A stretch of DNA of 64,000 bases, from positions 129,232 to 193,231 of the forward strand of contig ADNK01001927.1 in NCBI GenBank assembly GCA_000320545.1, written 5' to 3'. The notes under the pieces are model-generated. The model was not told the origin of the DNA. It searched no databases and saw only the letters and a program-made list of their open reading frames with translations. Source of the DNA: Bigelowiella natans CCMP2755 (lineage: Eukaryota > Protista > Cercozoa). A program made the translations under genes and the position numbers. Shown piece by piece: positions 50,566 to 64,000 of this stretch (positions are counted from its first letter, which is position 1; each line of letters starts with the position of its first letter).

Positions 50566-53282
50566 AATGTTAATATTGACTGCTATCTAATAGACCTTTG
50601 CCGCATTATTGCTGCTGGTGGTACTACTACTACCCACAATAGGGTAAGTCGCTGTTCTGTTGATGATGACGATGTTGATGTTGTTATCATCCGTTGTTGT
50701 TCCTACTAATCCTGCTCCTTCTCTTCCTCTTCCTCCTCTTGCTGCTGCTGCTGCGATTTCTTCTCCCTCTTCTTCAGTGGCAATAGAGACACTGAGAAGG
50801 TTGTGGTCTATACTTGAAACACATGTCGTACCGCCCATCAAATCATTTATCATGTTTACATCAGCAGAAGGTTCTTTCTTTCCTTCTATCTCTGTTTTTT
50901 TCTCCTCGCACTTGATATTGCTGCTGATACTTCCATTCTCTGGAAGATGAAATGAATTCCTCATTGTTAAGATCCTCGGTGTTTGTTCTTCTAATTGCTG
51001 GTCCTGTTGTTGTTGTTCTTCTTGTTGTTGTTTTCCGCTGCTGCACCCAATCTCCTCCTTCTCCACATCCATTGCATTTCCATCATTATAGTCGGCAACG
51101 AATTCGTCAATACCATTCCCCCTGTTATTATCACTCACAGAGTTGTGTATATCTCTTGCTGTTTTCTTTGGAATTAGCTTAAGAATTGCCCGCCTCCTCT
51201 TCGAATCGTCATTTCTTTTTGCGTCTTCTTCTTGGTTACTTGCGAAGTAATATAGATGACCTCCTCCCCCTTCTCCTCCTTGGGGAGACGATGATGACAG
51301 TAACTTCCCCTCTTCCATCTTCTTGTTGTCGTGGTCTTTCTGAAATATCTCCTCCTCCTCCTCCTCCTCAAGATGCTTCTTCTGATCTGTTGGGGCTGGG
51401 CTCATAGGGATTCTAATCATCATCCTTTGTAGCACCGGCACTGCTGCTGCTGATGGTGGAAATTGTGAAAGAGGCGGATCGTCCTTTATAGACTGCTGCA
51501 TTGGACCTCTACCCGTCATCAGAGTCTCGTCTTCTCTTCCTTTTCTTCTTTCTTCTTCTTCTTCTTCTTCTTCTTCTTCTTCTTCTTCTTTCCGTCCCTG
51601 AAGCAAATCCTCTTCAGCATCATTCTTCTCTATTATAGTGCGAGGTACAGGACTAGTTGGAAAAGGGCTGTATTCTATGGGGAGAGGTGCCATTATTATT
51701 CTCCTTGCTGACCCTGCTGCTGCCTGATATTCCTCCTTCTGCTGCTGCTGATGATGATGATGCTGCTGCTGATGATGATGACTCGAGAAAGATGGCTGTT
51801 CAAGCGGTAATAGCAACCTCTTTGTTGAGTTAATATGCTTCTTCAAGTCCTGTTGGGATTGAAGGCCTCCTCCTCCTCCTTCTTCTCCTTCTTCTTCCTT
51901 TCTTCTTCCCCTTCCTCTACTTCTTCTATGTCGCTGTATGCGTAAGTCGTCAACCAATCCAAATACATCCCATCGGCCATCTTCGTTGTCAAAGTACTAT
52001 TATTATGTGGTGATGGAGGTGTAAAACACACACACAAACCACACACACACACATAGGTTGCAAACAGACATCATTAAGAGGATGATGATGATGATGATTG
52101 TACCAGACGAGGAGTGACTTAACAAAGAAAAGCAAAAATGTGTCTCACTACTTAACTATTCTCAGGTGGTTTCGATGAATGAAAGCCGCATTTTGGCAGC
52201 AAACATCACTCATACCCCTACCTGAGAGATATCAGCTGTAGAGTCTTCTAGTTGCAGTTGTCTGAACAGCTGCAATGCGTTGTTGCTTGAGACTTTGAGA
52301 GAGAATAACGAAGATGAGTTTGAAACGAGGTGAGCACCAGCCCCCATCCCTTGCTGTTCTTGCTGGTGATGCTGATGTTGCTTATGATGATGATTTCGAG
52401 TTACTGTTTGCCATGTATCCACAAGAGCAAAAATGTCCCATTCGCCATTCTCATTTATGTACTGAATGAACAGAAAATATGTTAAAATACGTCCCATTCG
52501 CCATTGTCATTTATGTACTGAATGAACCGAAAATATGTTAAAATAGTGATCATGCTGCTGCTCTGAATGAGCGTACTCTGGCAGAATAATGATATAACTT
52601 GGAACAGACGAAAAAGACGACTACTACGACTACTACTATACTACTGCTGCTGCTACTACTACTATTGCCTAGTTACTACTACTATTGCCTACTTACTACT
52701 ACTATTACTACAACTGCTGCTGCTATAACTGCACTGCGACTAGGACTTGATAAATTACATGATTCCTCGAAATGGACGACGAGTTCATCATCCTCTTGAT
52801 TTCGTTGAATATGAATAGGGCATTTGCATTTTGTACTAGAGCCTTGTAGTAGTCGTAGCTGCCTCCTTGTTCTTGTTCTTGTTCTTTTTGGGTTATTATC
52901 ATCCGTTTTGTTTGGTTGTTCTTGTGCTCGTCCTCGATGAAGGCATTCAGCTCATCATCATTGCGATTATAAAGATTTGTTCCTGGATGTGGCTGCTCTC
53001 CTCCTCCTCCTCCTCCTCCTTTTCCTCTTTCCCTTCCAACTACTACTACTGCTTCTTGGTCACTGCTCCTTGGACCATATCTATTGACAGGGAAGCTTTG
53101 ATAGTACTCACTACTTGGCGATAACTCTTCTTCTTCTTCTTCAATTATTTCTGCCTTCTGGTGCTTAGGATGAAGAGGCTGTTGGAGCTGCGGCAGCCTG
53201 GTGATTAACAGAGCGCTACTTGTTAAAGAAGAAGAAGAAGAAAAAGTTGTATTCAAAAAGAAAAGACTTGATTCGTTATTGC

Positions 53283-53318
<36 letters not shown>

Positions 53319-53336
53319 GCGTGGAATGTGTACGCG

Positions 53337-53383
<47 letters not shown>

Positions 53384-55400
53384 ATATATAACTAACGTAA
53401 TTAATCAAATTTATGTGGAAAAGTATACATAGTTTCAGAAAACAAACAAATAGATTACAAGAGCATGTTGTAAACCTGCTTGATTGCGTAGATAATGAAG
53501 CACAATATGATGATTCTGCTGCGGTAAAGGGCGAAGTGTTCGTCGCTTCTAAATTTCTCCATCGTACCTCCCTTATCAAAATCGATTTTGAAGTAGGGGG
53601 TTTCTCGGTGGTGGCAATAGTGCCATTATCATCATCATCATCATCGTCGTCGTCATCATATGTAGTACCACCCTCCTTTGCTGCTGCATATGCTATGCTT
53701 GGGGTTGTTCTTGGCTGCTGCTGCACATTGTCAACCATTTCCATTTCATTCAAATTGCTGCTGGGCCTTTTTGGATATCTTACTACAAAGGAGGAAGGAG
53801 GAGGGTTACGATTTAGCTGTCGTGTCATCTTTGAAGACGGCGACGAAATGACATCACTTTCGCCCCAGCTTAGCTGACTTGGGTTGAGCACCACTTCGTC
53901 GTCATCGTTGCCATTTTCCCCATCAACAGTATTAGTCGTAGTAAAATGTAGCCGGCGGTGAGTTGTAGGAAAAACAGAATGACTTGGACTACGTAGGATA
54001 TCAACCTCCTCCTCCACAACTTCTTCTTCTTTTTTGTTGTTGTTGCCAAGAAGAGACGATGATAATAATGATGATGATGATGATGATATATTTTTGTTGA
54101 TATTATTGGGCTGCTGGTTCGTTATTCTAAACGATGATGATGATGATGATGATGATGAGGGAGGTGCTATATTATTTTCACTGCTAATGCCAGCTTCAAG
54201 TTTTACCTCCTCAGTTGTGCTATTATTATTATTATCATTCTCACAAGAATATAAACTCAAGGAGTCACATTCACTATCAGCAGTCATTCTCCGCAATAGA
54301 TGAAACTTCAATGAGTTGTTTGTTGAGATAGACGACGTAAGGTTGTGGTGGTCTCCTCCTCGAATGAGACTCCTAAGAGGCTCTAGAGATTCCTTTGGTT
54401 CAAGGCTGGCAATTACGCACCCATTTATCGAAAGAATCAGGTCACCCTCAGCCAAATACTCCTGGATTTCTGAACCAGGTTTAATAGCTAAAATACGAGC
54501 TCCACGTTTTTCCCGTGCAAGCCGCAAATTTAACGATTGGTTTGAAGAGAAACCAGGAAATTCCACTGCTTTAAAGACGAAAGAAGTTAAAGGGCGGCTG
54601 GGCTGACCATCCCCGTAGGGTCCACCACTTCTTCGTTGTTTTTCTAAAGATGATGATACTTGTGTTGTTCTCATTACTTGGTCCTTCACCATTGAAACAT
54701 CATCATCGTCGTCGCCATCCAGGTTGTCCATGTTTGACTGCACTCCATCATCATCGTCGTCGCCATCCATAGACTTAAGAGTGGGCACATCACCTTCGCT
54801 TTGAATTTTAGATCGGTACACTTGCGACATTTCTGAGATTTTGCTTGCTAAAAGCAAGTCTTGCCCTTTTAATTGTGTGAATATATGTTAGGAATATTTT
54901 CAGCACATGCGCTAGACAAAACATCATTTAGACAGTACCACAAGGAGGAGGCTCCCGAATTGGGCCTTGCTCACAATTAGTGGTAACACTTTCGCCTGAT
55001 TTTTCCCCAGATACGGCTTGAGGTGGGTCTTTGGAAGATAGGAATATAGGAGGAGGAAACGAATGACTTCATGCTGCACACAAGTGTGTGTACAATTTTG
55101 CAAACTTACAGCTGTGATCGCGCAAGAAGACTGAAGGAGACCTCTCTAGTACAGAAATCACATCTGTAGTTGGTGTGACGGAAGAAGAACCAGATATTCG
55201 ATGCCTTGAAGGCTGGCGAGATATGTAAAAGCTGCTTGTGGTACTGCCGATGAGGCCTGATTTCTGCAAAAGTAATTCATTTTTAGGCGAGCAATATGTG
55301 ATGTTAGCACAATATCGACCCACGACCTTTGTGCATAGGAAATATAGAGTAGAGATTAGGAGAAGGGCAATCAACTTTGGACTCCGTCTTGCCCTGCTGC
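45828..55400 (-). CDS. Very long low-complexity multi-exon protein with a PDZ domain and a UVR-like motif; may be more than one gene
   Basis: Long minus-strand ORFs 53382-54857, 52723-53385, 50587-51957, 48490-48963, 47060-47755 and 45828-46898. PDZ-like SLNLRL...GARILAIKPGSEIQEYLAEGDLILSINGCVI...LKFHLLR (~54290-54560). CVEREDYIEAYNCK|EEIRRL at ~49585-49090. Start not resolved. Confidence 0.6.
49753..49862. repeat. Intronic tandem duplication, 54-bp period
   Basis: caacatcctctattacaacc..acgactactacttacaacctatact at 49753 and 49807. Confidence 0.92.
52435..52546. repeat. Tandem duplication, 56-bp period, spanning a minus-strand splice acceptor
   Basis: gtcccattcgccatt[c/g]tcatttatgtactgaatgaac[a/c]gaaaatatgttaaaata at 52435 and 52491. 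Confidence 0.95.
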
Positions 55401-55863
55401 AAATAATGTAAATTAATCGTAAGTGCCTGCCAAAAGTCCGGTACAGCAGCAGTCAAAAAAAAGAGAACCGCAATGGCCTTTCCATTATGTATCTTGGGTT
55501 CCCTTGATCCCGCTATAGTTCAAACTTGGACTTAGAAGCCCTTGCGGACATACTTCTTTGAGAGCACCATCATCATTCCAAACCGGAACAGGTACGCGCC
55601 GCCATTGTTGACGGTAACCGGTGGTGGTCTCCTTTATGGATTTACGCCTAATATCTTAATGAAACTACATGTCGCTCATAGAAAATCAATGATGATATGG
55701 ATTTATCATGTAACATCAGAAACACTACCATGTCGCAGTACTAAGATACAGGGGATTCTTAAGATAAAACTAACACACAGATTCTTGTGGAGCTCCAACC
55801 CGATTTGTTGCATCCCCAACCCCTTTTTCCGGCAGGACTTTCATACATTCTGAGAGAGGAGAG

Positions 55864-56324
55864 ATGTTTAGGTTCGGAAAGTCGAAGAACAAGTCGGAGA
55901 AGCAGCTAGAAGTGCTCAATGACCAGGTATAGGTTGTGTCTGGTCCTTGAGTTCGTGATGATGCAGCATTGCCGTAGCATCATCATGGGGATGTGACGAC
56001 GAAATTGATGTCATCTAAGTCTGATTTGAGATAATTCCAGGTTGAAGAAATGGAGGAGAGCCTCAAACACAAGGATACTATAATTATGGTCCTACTATCC
56101 GTAGTTTATTCTTGTAATCGGATATATTCAACAGCTAACCATTTTAATAACTCCTCAGGGACTTATGGCTACAAATGAGCAGCTCTCAAAGAAAGTAGAA
56201 GACCTTAAGAGTAAATCCAATGTCAACAAAGAGGTTACGATTGAGGAACCACAGAAATCTGGTAAGTATTATTTTGACGGTAGTAGTCGGCATTAGGGTG
56301 ATGAACTGTTCATTTCGACCAGAA

Positions 56325-56361
<37 letters not shown>

Positions 56362-56748
56362 GGATACCAACGCCTGCATGCCGCCAAAGAACAGAAAGAT
56401 CACGTTATAATTTCATCTTCAAAGGAAAATCTTTCTAAATCTTCAGCAGAAAACAAAAAAAAGGAAATGGCAATCTCTAACATGAAGGAGGAGGTAATAT
56501 TGAATCATCATTGTCATCATACTAGGTAACTACATTGTATACGGACTAGCTCCGTTGATGATATGGCATTACTACTCGTGGTGTGCTCTACATAGATTAC
56601 ACATCTCAGATCAGATCTTGACCATTACTACTCGTGATGTGCTCTACATAGATTACACAGCTCAGATCAGATCTTGACCAGGCGAGAAGAAACGTAAAGG
56701 TACCTAGAAGTCAATTCAAAATATATATATATTATTTTTATAAAATAT

Positions 56749-56834
<86 letters not shown>

Positions 56835-57787
56835 TCTCGAGATTCTAAATCTATCTTTTCGAAAACACTGCACGAATTTGCTGTTGAAGATCCCTTCCAT
56901 GATGCAATGCTTGATATGGTGTAACATGATTATGTAGAAGAATGAAGAGGCCGCAAAAACAAATATTGCAAGAGCATTGAAGTTAGAGACTGAACTCAAT
57001 GTAGCCAAATCGAAGCTTCGAGGTAGTGACAGTATGGAAAATGAATCGATAATCGGTTCAAACAAGCACATAGATGACTATGTCCTGGATAAAGATGATA
57101 TGATGTTAAGATAATATATTTTACCATCTCTGTATTAATTTATTCTTGGTAGCCATCGGTGCTAGTACAGTTGGAAATCAAGAAGAAGAAGAAGAAGAAG
57201 CTTTGACAAGTAGCCCAGATATAGTAGTAGTATTTGGTTGTGATATTCTTCGTTTTCAATCTGTCATCTTCGTCGTTCGTATTTTCTAATTTCAACATTA
57301 GAGGAGACAACAACAACACAATCAAGTAGAAACAAACGTCGTTTGGAAGGAGTCAGTCGTCATAAGCAATAATAGCATGTTAATGTAGGAGTGTGCTGCT
57401 GTTGCTACTACTATTTACTACTTCCAATACTACTTTCTGCAGGCTCATCATCATCATCCAGTGCTCACAGAAAAACATCGTCCTCAACAGCAGAGGTAGA
57501 AGAATATCTTGAGAATAGTGGATGATAGTAACTGTTACTTTGGGTTACGACATTATTCTCACGAAATCATGATGTTCTCCAATCCCAATGCTCTCTCTTT
57601 TTGTTCTAATCTTAACTTTTGTTTATTCACAAAGTAATGTACTTGTCGATTGCTAACAGGAGTTGAAAGATCGCCTTCGCAAACAAGCCTCAGAGACTCG
57701 CAAAAAGGAACGTGAAATCAAACTGCTAAAGGTAGTATTCTCGCCGAATCTAGCAATTTGATCCCCACACACACACACATTATATAC

Positions 57788-57825
<38 letters not shown>

Positions 57826-58959
57826 GCGTTGTGTGTGTGTGTGTGTTTAACACAGCGTGAAATAGACGACTTGAGGACAGATTTGGAAACAAAAACTCAC
57901 GAACTCACGGCAATACAAATTCAGGTGTCACATTAATCGAAGTAGCAACATAAAATGTCTTTTTGCAGTCGGTTTTCAACAAGTCATCATTAATCGTGCT
58001 TCCTCAAAGTTTTGCATACTCATTAGTCGGAAACGGCGAATGCCGACGCGGCTAAGACCATACTTATACACCAAAGGCAGATCCAAAGGGTGGTTATCAA
58101 CTTGTAGGATGATAATGTAGATAATAATTTGTTGGTAGTAGTAAGCGAGGTTGTTTTTCTCTGGTATATCCTCGTTTTATTATAAGGTGCAGGACAAAGA
58201 GAAGCGAAGCCAGGAAGATAGGGAGAGCATGGTTGCTACTACTACACTATGTTTTTTGTTTCTCTTGTGATTCAAACCCGCCATTTAGTAGATAGAACAG
58301 CAACCTGGTGAGCAGTATTTACACAATGTGACTATCATTTTCTCCTATGCAAGGCTCAAGAATGGAGGGAAAAAGATTCTGAGTTGAAGCGATTGAGGTA
58401 TTTTTTTAACATTCTTAGTGTCGTTGCAAATTCATTTGTATAATTTTGTCTGAATTTGATGGAATTCAATCCAAAATGCAATTTTTAATATAAAATCACA
58501 ACATATACACAACCACTATTGCAACAGACTACTACTACTACTACTACTAACATCACCACGAATGGGATTATGTTCTCTAGGGCCATTGTCAGTGATTCAG
58601 ACAAAGCAGCGCTCTGTGAGAAGCAAAAGGTGGTGAAAAATAGAGCAAGAAGAAGAAGAAGAAGAAGAAGAAGAAGAAGAAGAAGAAGGGGGATGATCGG
58701 CAACAATCCAATCCATTTTTACCACGAAATTAATGAGTACTGCTCATTCATTGGTGTGATAATAATAATGATACACGATTTTATCATTTTTGTCGCAGTT
58801 TGCCTCAGGTACATTAATTTTGTCAACATCTTAGGTCGCAATTGAGAAACTAAATGCTCAAATTGCTGAATTGCGCAAGAGTGAGGAGAAGACTGCTGCA
58901 AAGAATAAGGTGCGCATCTTTTGTCATTCAAATTTCAATTTTTTATTTCCTATCTTTAC

Positions 58960-58996
<37 letters not shown>

Positions 58997-59036
58997 TCTC
59001 TCTCCTTGTGTGTTTGTATTTGAATAGAGAGAGAGT

Positions 59037-59072
<36 letters not shown>

Positions 59073-61922
59073 CACATACATGCACATTTCGAAACGTTGG
59101 GTAGAAAGAAGGTGTCAAAATCAAAGTACACATTTGCACTGCTCATGCCGCTACACACACCTTCAGAGTACTGAGAAAATACTGGAAGATCAACGGCGAA
59201 AATTGCAAGCTGACCATTACGAAGAGCTACAACTGGAACGCGAAAATACTGAGGAATTAAAGATAAAGCTTGATAAGGTTGCTCATTATTCACTCACTAA
59301 CTTCGCACTTATTACTTCTTATGAGAGATGATGATCGTTCATGTAGACCACTACAATGTTTCACGAAAGTAGTTTGCATTAATTCTCATGAGGAATTTCA
59401 CAATTGTCAGGTTGTCGCAAAATTGAAAAGCTCTCATGAATCTGTGATAAGTGCAATGAAGGAAGAATACAAGAAGGAGGTGAAGTGAGCATGATGTCAA
59501 GACATGGCTATTCATTAATGATTACCAGCTTGGTCCAACACAAAAAAGACAAACTCCGCGTTTCTCTGACGTCGTGCAAATGTGCAATGTAATCAATTTC
59601 ATATTGTTCTTCAGACTGAAGATATGACAGCCCAAATCAAGGAATTCGACTCCAGAGTGTCTAAACTAAGGGGGGAGCACGAAAAAGTGATGACGCATTG
59701 TGAGCTGCTGCTGGCGAAAGGGAAGGGGGAATATGAGTTTAGAGTGGCATGGTTAATCACGTGTAATGGTGGTGAAGACGACGATTCACACCAAATGTTT
59801 CTTCTTCTCTCAATCTTTGACACATTCTTCTTCGTTGATATCCAGGCTCTTACAGAAGCTCAAAAGCAAAATGAAGAACGATTACTTGTACTTCAGAAAA
59901 AAATCAAAGCACAAGCAGCCAATGCTAAGCAGCAAGAAGCAGCACTTACTGCACGTCTTGAGAAAAAAATCAGGAAGAATGAGAACGAAATGCAGTCCAA
60001 AATGGAAAATTTGAAGGAGGAACATGCACAGGTGTCTCTCAATCGTATTTACATGATATCTATTCATTTTTGCTGAATGCAGTGATAGTAATAGACCAAG
60101 ATGGCTCTACATCATGTCGTATAAACTTGCTTGATCATCCTGCTCATTGTTGATTTATTCTCATCATGTTGTTGCAGGAGGTTCAGGAACTCAAAGCTGG
60201 TTTCGAGGCTTCAAGATCTGGAGACCAAGCAAAGGCAACACCAAAAGCTGTTGAAAGAAGAAGAAGAAGAAGAAAAAGGAGGAGAGGATCAAAATGCCAT
60301 AGTGTTCTTCCATTAATGTTCAAAGAAATTATCATTTCCTGCTCTCATTCCTTGATGGGGAAATACAACAACAAAATGTCTTCAAGCTAACTCTTGCATT
60401 TCACATAGGTTGAGGAAGTGATTGAAAAGGAGCGAGCACGCAATGAAAAGAAACTCAAGGCTCTAGAGAAGGTTTCGAACAAAACATATTATCACACTTG
60501 CTGCTTCTCCTCCTCCTCACACAATATCGTGTCGCTGATTCTATTCTAGTCGCAAGCTACTTCCATTAGGCTGCTATTTCAACATGTTGTTGTCGCTGAA
60601 CTCCCTCCTTATTGCTCGCATGCAATTCTTTTCCATCTAATGATGTAATGCACGCCATATTTCTCTAGGAATTAGAACTATCAAAAAAGGAGAGTTTGAT
60701 TGCCATGGAGAAAGCTACCAACCGCTGGAACGATGACAAGAAGCGATACGACACCGAGTTGAACGCCACGAAGACATTGCTACGAGATGAGGTTACCACT
60801 GACTGCCATGCATTTTGCAATTTTGTTTTAATATTTCGGTTTCTTCTATCACACAGGTAAAGAGATGCCGAAAATTGTTGGAAGAGGAGAAGATCAAGTG
60901 CCGCAAGACTACTTCAGAGGCACTGAATGCTTGCGAAAAGAAGCATGAGATGGCGCTACAAAAAGCAAAAGAAGAAGCTGAAAGAATACGAAGAGAAGAT
61001 GCACACCAGGCCGGGAAAAGGGAGGCAAAGGTAAAAAGATCATGGTAGTAGTGCACGTAGTGGATGAATAACATGTCGTCATCGTCGCAAAACTCAACAA
61101 CAAAAAACAACAACAAAAACAAAAACCAAACCAAGCAACCAAGCAAGCAACCGGTGCCATTTATACCATGTTTCCTCACTCTCCTCCTCCTGCCTGTTGC
61201 AGTCGCTTTTTTCACTCATTATTCTTATTGTTGTTATTATTATTATTTCCATCCTCCTCTTTCTAGTTGAAATTGGAAAAGGAGGCCATAAAGACAGCGT
61301 GTGAGCAGAAGCTAAGGTAGCATTTGTGGACATCATAACATCGTCGTCTCTTGAAATACATACGATGTACTACTCACGCCAAAACAAATAGAACAGTTGA
61401 TGCTTCAAGAATCGTCTGTAGTATCAATATTCTTTCTTCTTCTTCTTAACACATGAATGAGAAAATGAAGACAGCAAAGATAGGTACTATATAACTGAGG
61501 TAGATGAACGTTTAGGGAGGAGAAGACTCGATTTGTGGCGGTCAGTACAGGGAACAAGAAAGCCCTTGATGAGGTGGTGGTGGTAGTAGTAGGAACTATC
61601 TCCGGCACACACACACACAATCAATCGACGATGTAAGAAGATTAATAAGGGAAGATTGATAGTAATATTACAGAAGCCTCAATAGGAGTAAAAGAGTTGT
61701 ATAGTTGATTATTAGAAACATCAGAATTATCAGCATTTCATTATCGTTCATTTCCATCTTCTTCATCTCAATTTACACAGGTCGTCTCAAAAGTCAATAC
61801 TATACATGCAGTTGAACTTAGCAAAAAGGAAGAGGTAGTGGTAGTAATAGTAGTAATAGTAGTAGTAGTAGTAGTAGTGGCAGTGGTAGTATTGTGTCCA
61901 CTATTAATAATCAGCCATCTGT

Positions 61923-61953
<31 letters not shown>

Positions 61954-62235
61954 AATAATGTCAGTAGTAGTTACTTACGGTATCAGGAGATTGATGATGA
62001 TGATGATGATGACGATAACGACAATCATCATCAAATATATGAGCATTGTTTCAACTTACAACAATCCTCCCACCCTTCCACGGCGTACGTCGTACTACAC
62101 GCTAATTTGTAATAATAATCACAGGAGATACGCTCTTTGAAAGCACAAGTGGTAAGTGCAAAAGATGATATTGCCGATCAACAAAATGCTTCACAAAAGG
62201 TGGGTAGGTAGGTAAGTAGGTAGGTAGGTTGGTAA

Positions 62236-62270
<35 letters not shown>

Positions 62271-63381
62271 TTTGCATCTTTAGTAGTAGTTGATTATGAT
62301 GAAAAGAGAGGAGAAGGAGGTCAACGACGATGATGACACAGTTTTAAATAGTAGCAGTAGTAGTAAAGTAGTAGTAGTAGGAGGAGGAGGAGGAGGTGTA
62401 AAGGATGGACAACGATGAGCTTGTTCACACTAAGGTGGAATTTGCATCCTTATCATCAGAATATACAGCAGTGTAAGGAAAAGCATGCGAATGAACTAAA
62501 GGTAACATATTATGATGAGGATGATGATGATTATGATGAGAACGCACACATATAGGGAAACATACGTACTACAAAATAATAGTATATTTAATATCAGAAG
62601 GGTTATTCATTTGAATCAAAGAGTACTTTAAATGTTTTTCCCCACACATACACGCGCACACATCATGTAGGAATATGATATTCAAATCGATGCAAAGATT
62701 AAGAAGATTTGCGATTCATACGAGATTGAGCTGAAAAAATACAAGGAAAACGATGCAAAACACGCTGCAAAACTAGAGGTATTATTGAGCTTCAACTCAG
62801 AAATTCTTTTTCTTCTTCTTCTTATTATTATTATTATGGTAATTTATGTGTGGTGTGGCGAGAGTATTATTGGGGATTTAGGCAGCAACGTCAGAATTAA
62901 GTCTATACATTGTATACCTACCTACTTCTTGGAATTATTATATACAGGACATAAACATATATCAGTCATTCATTCGTTCATATTTCTGTGTTTTGGCTCT
63001 TGTGATGGAAAGGATATGGAATCTGCAGTAGAAGCTAAAATTAAGACCCTAATTTCACGACATGAGGCTGAGATTCAGCAAATGAAAAGCGACTTTGAGG
63101 AGGAAAAAATAAAGCAGAATGCGGTATTATTAGATAGTTTTGCAGCAGCAGCTGTTGGCGAATATGGATTATCATCACAAGCATGAACGAATAAACGTAT
63201 GTTTAGGAGCATTCACAAATGACTCTCTTCCTACAAAATCGAATGCAAGATGTTGTTGTTGATGATCATGATGGTACCTTGGTGCTGCTAATTCCGTCAT
63301 CTCGTTATCATCAAAACGCAATCTCACCAACATCATCATTTTTTTCTTCTATTATCTATAATACATGCCGGTCTCATCTCC

Positions 63382-63419
<38 letters not shown>

Positions 63420-64000
63420 TAGGAACTAGCTGTGATGGCTAAGAAACTAAGCGGTACACGGAAGGAAACTGAGGTGAATGATCTCTGCATACTGAATGCT
63501 TGATCGCTTATGATGATGATGATGATGATGATGATGAAGATGAAGAGGAGGAAGAGGAGGAGGAGGAATTGACGACGATGGAAGGAAGCAGTGGTGGCTG
63601 CTGCAGATGATGATGAGGATGATGAGGATGATAGTCTTGTAATAATACACGCATAATACTATACATAATAGGAGGCTCATCAGAAAGAGCTTAAGGGTGT
63701 GAAATCTTCAGAGAGAAGTCGGAGATTGAAGGTGGGGAGGGGGCTGCATCTCCATCATCATCACCACACCACCATACACACACGATGATGTCTTCATACT
63801 TGTTTAAACACAAATAAATGAATGTGATGATGAACTGCAAGGGAGGAGAGGAGGAGGAGGAGGAGGAGGAGGAGGAGGAGGAGGAGGAAGGGGATATTAT
63901 ACGAAACCATCCAAAAGTCATCACACATTACAACAAATGTATGTGCATCATAGCACCATGCTATCATGATCTTCTCCTCCCATTCCTCCTCCTCCTCGAA
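55864..64000 (+). CDS. Long coiled-coil protein, many tiny exons, probably continuing beyond the window
   Basis: MFRFGKSKNKSEKQLEVLNDQ|VEEMEESLKHKDTIIM|GLMATNEQLSKKVEDLKSK... followed by more than 25 short E/K/Q-rich GT-AG exons up to ~63470; no stop identified. Confidence 0.75.
56567..56679. repeat. Tandem duplication, 56-bp period, spanning a plus-strand splice acceptor
   Basis: cattactactcgtg[g/a]tgtgctctacatagattacaca[t/g]ctcagatcagatcttgac at 56567 and 56623. Confidence 0.95.

Overview
Intron-dense, microsatellite-rich eukaryotic (protist-type, flagellated) nuclear DNA. Gene content would fit a rhizarian such as a chlorarachniophyte, but I cannot confirm the taxon. About 11 spliced genes are present: a PUB+CAP fusion, an EF-hand protein with a mitochondrial-type N-terminus, an ankyrin-CaMK-RGS-PH-DEP kinase, Churchill (CHURC1), CCDC40, a GABA-B-like class C GPCR, a PDZ low-complexity protein, a long coiled-coil protein and three hypotheticals. 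There are also decayed non-LTR retrotransposon 3' ends. The main finding is not a gene. Transposon remnants and spacers downstream of genes have been stripped of the dinucleotide TpA and are rich in TpG/CpA. In 19501-21600 only 4 TpA remain, all in CTAG. The LINE ORF2 fragments have lost Tyr codons, apparently to His/Cys, and two copies of one repeat differ mostly by TA versus TG/CA. Genes, introns and promoters keep normal or high TpA. This looks like a region-targeted, both-strand A-to-G hypermutation process at TpA, the chemical mirror image of fungal RIP. I do not know of a description of such a system. All counts and splice models were made by eye.
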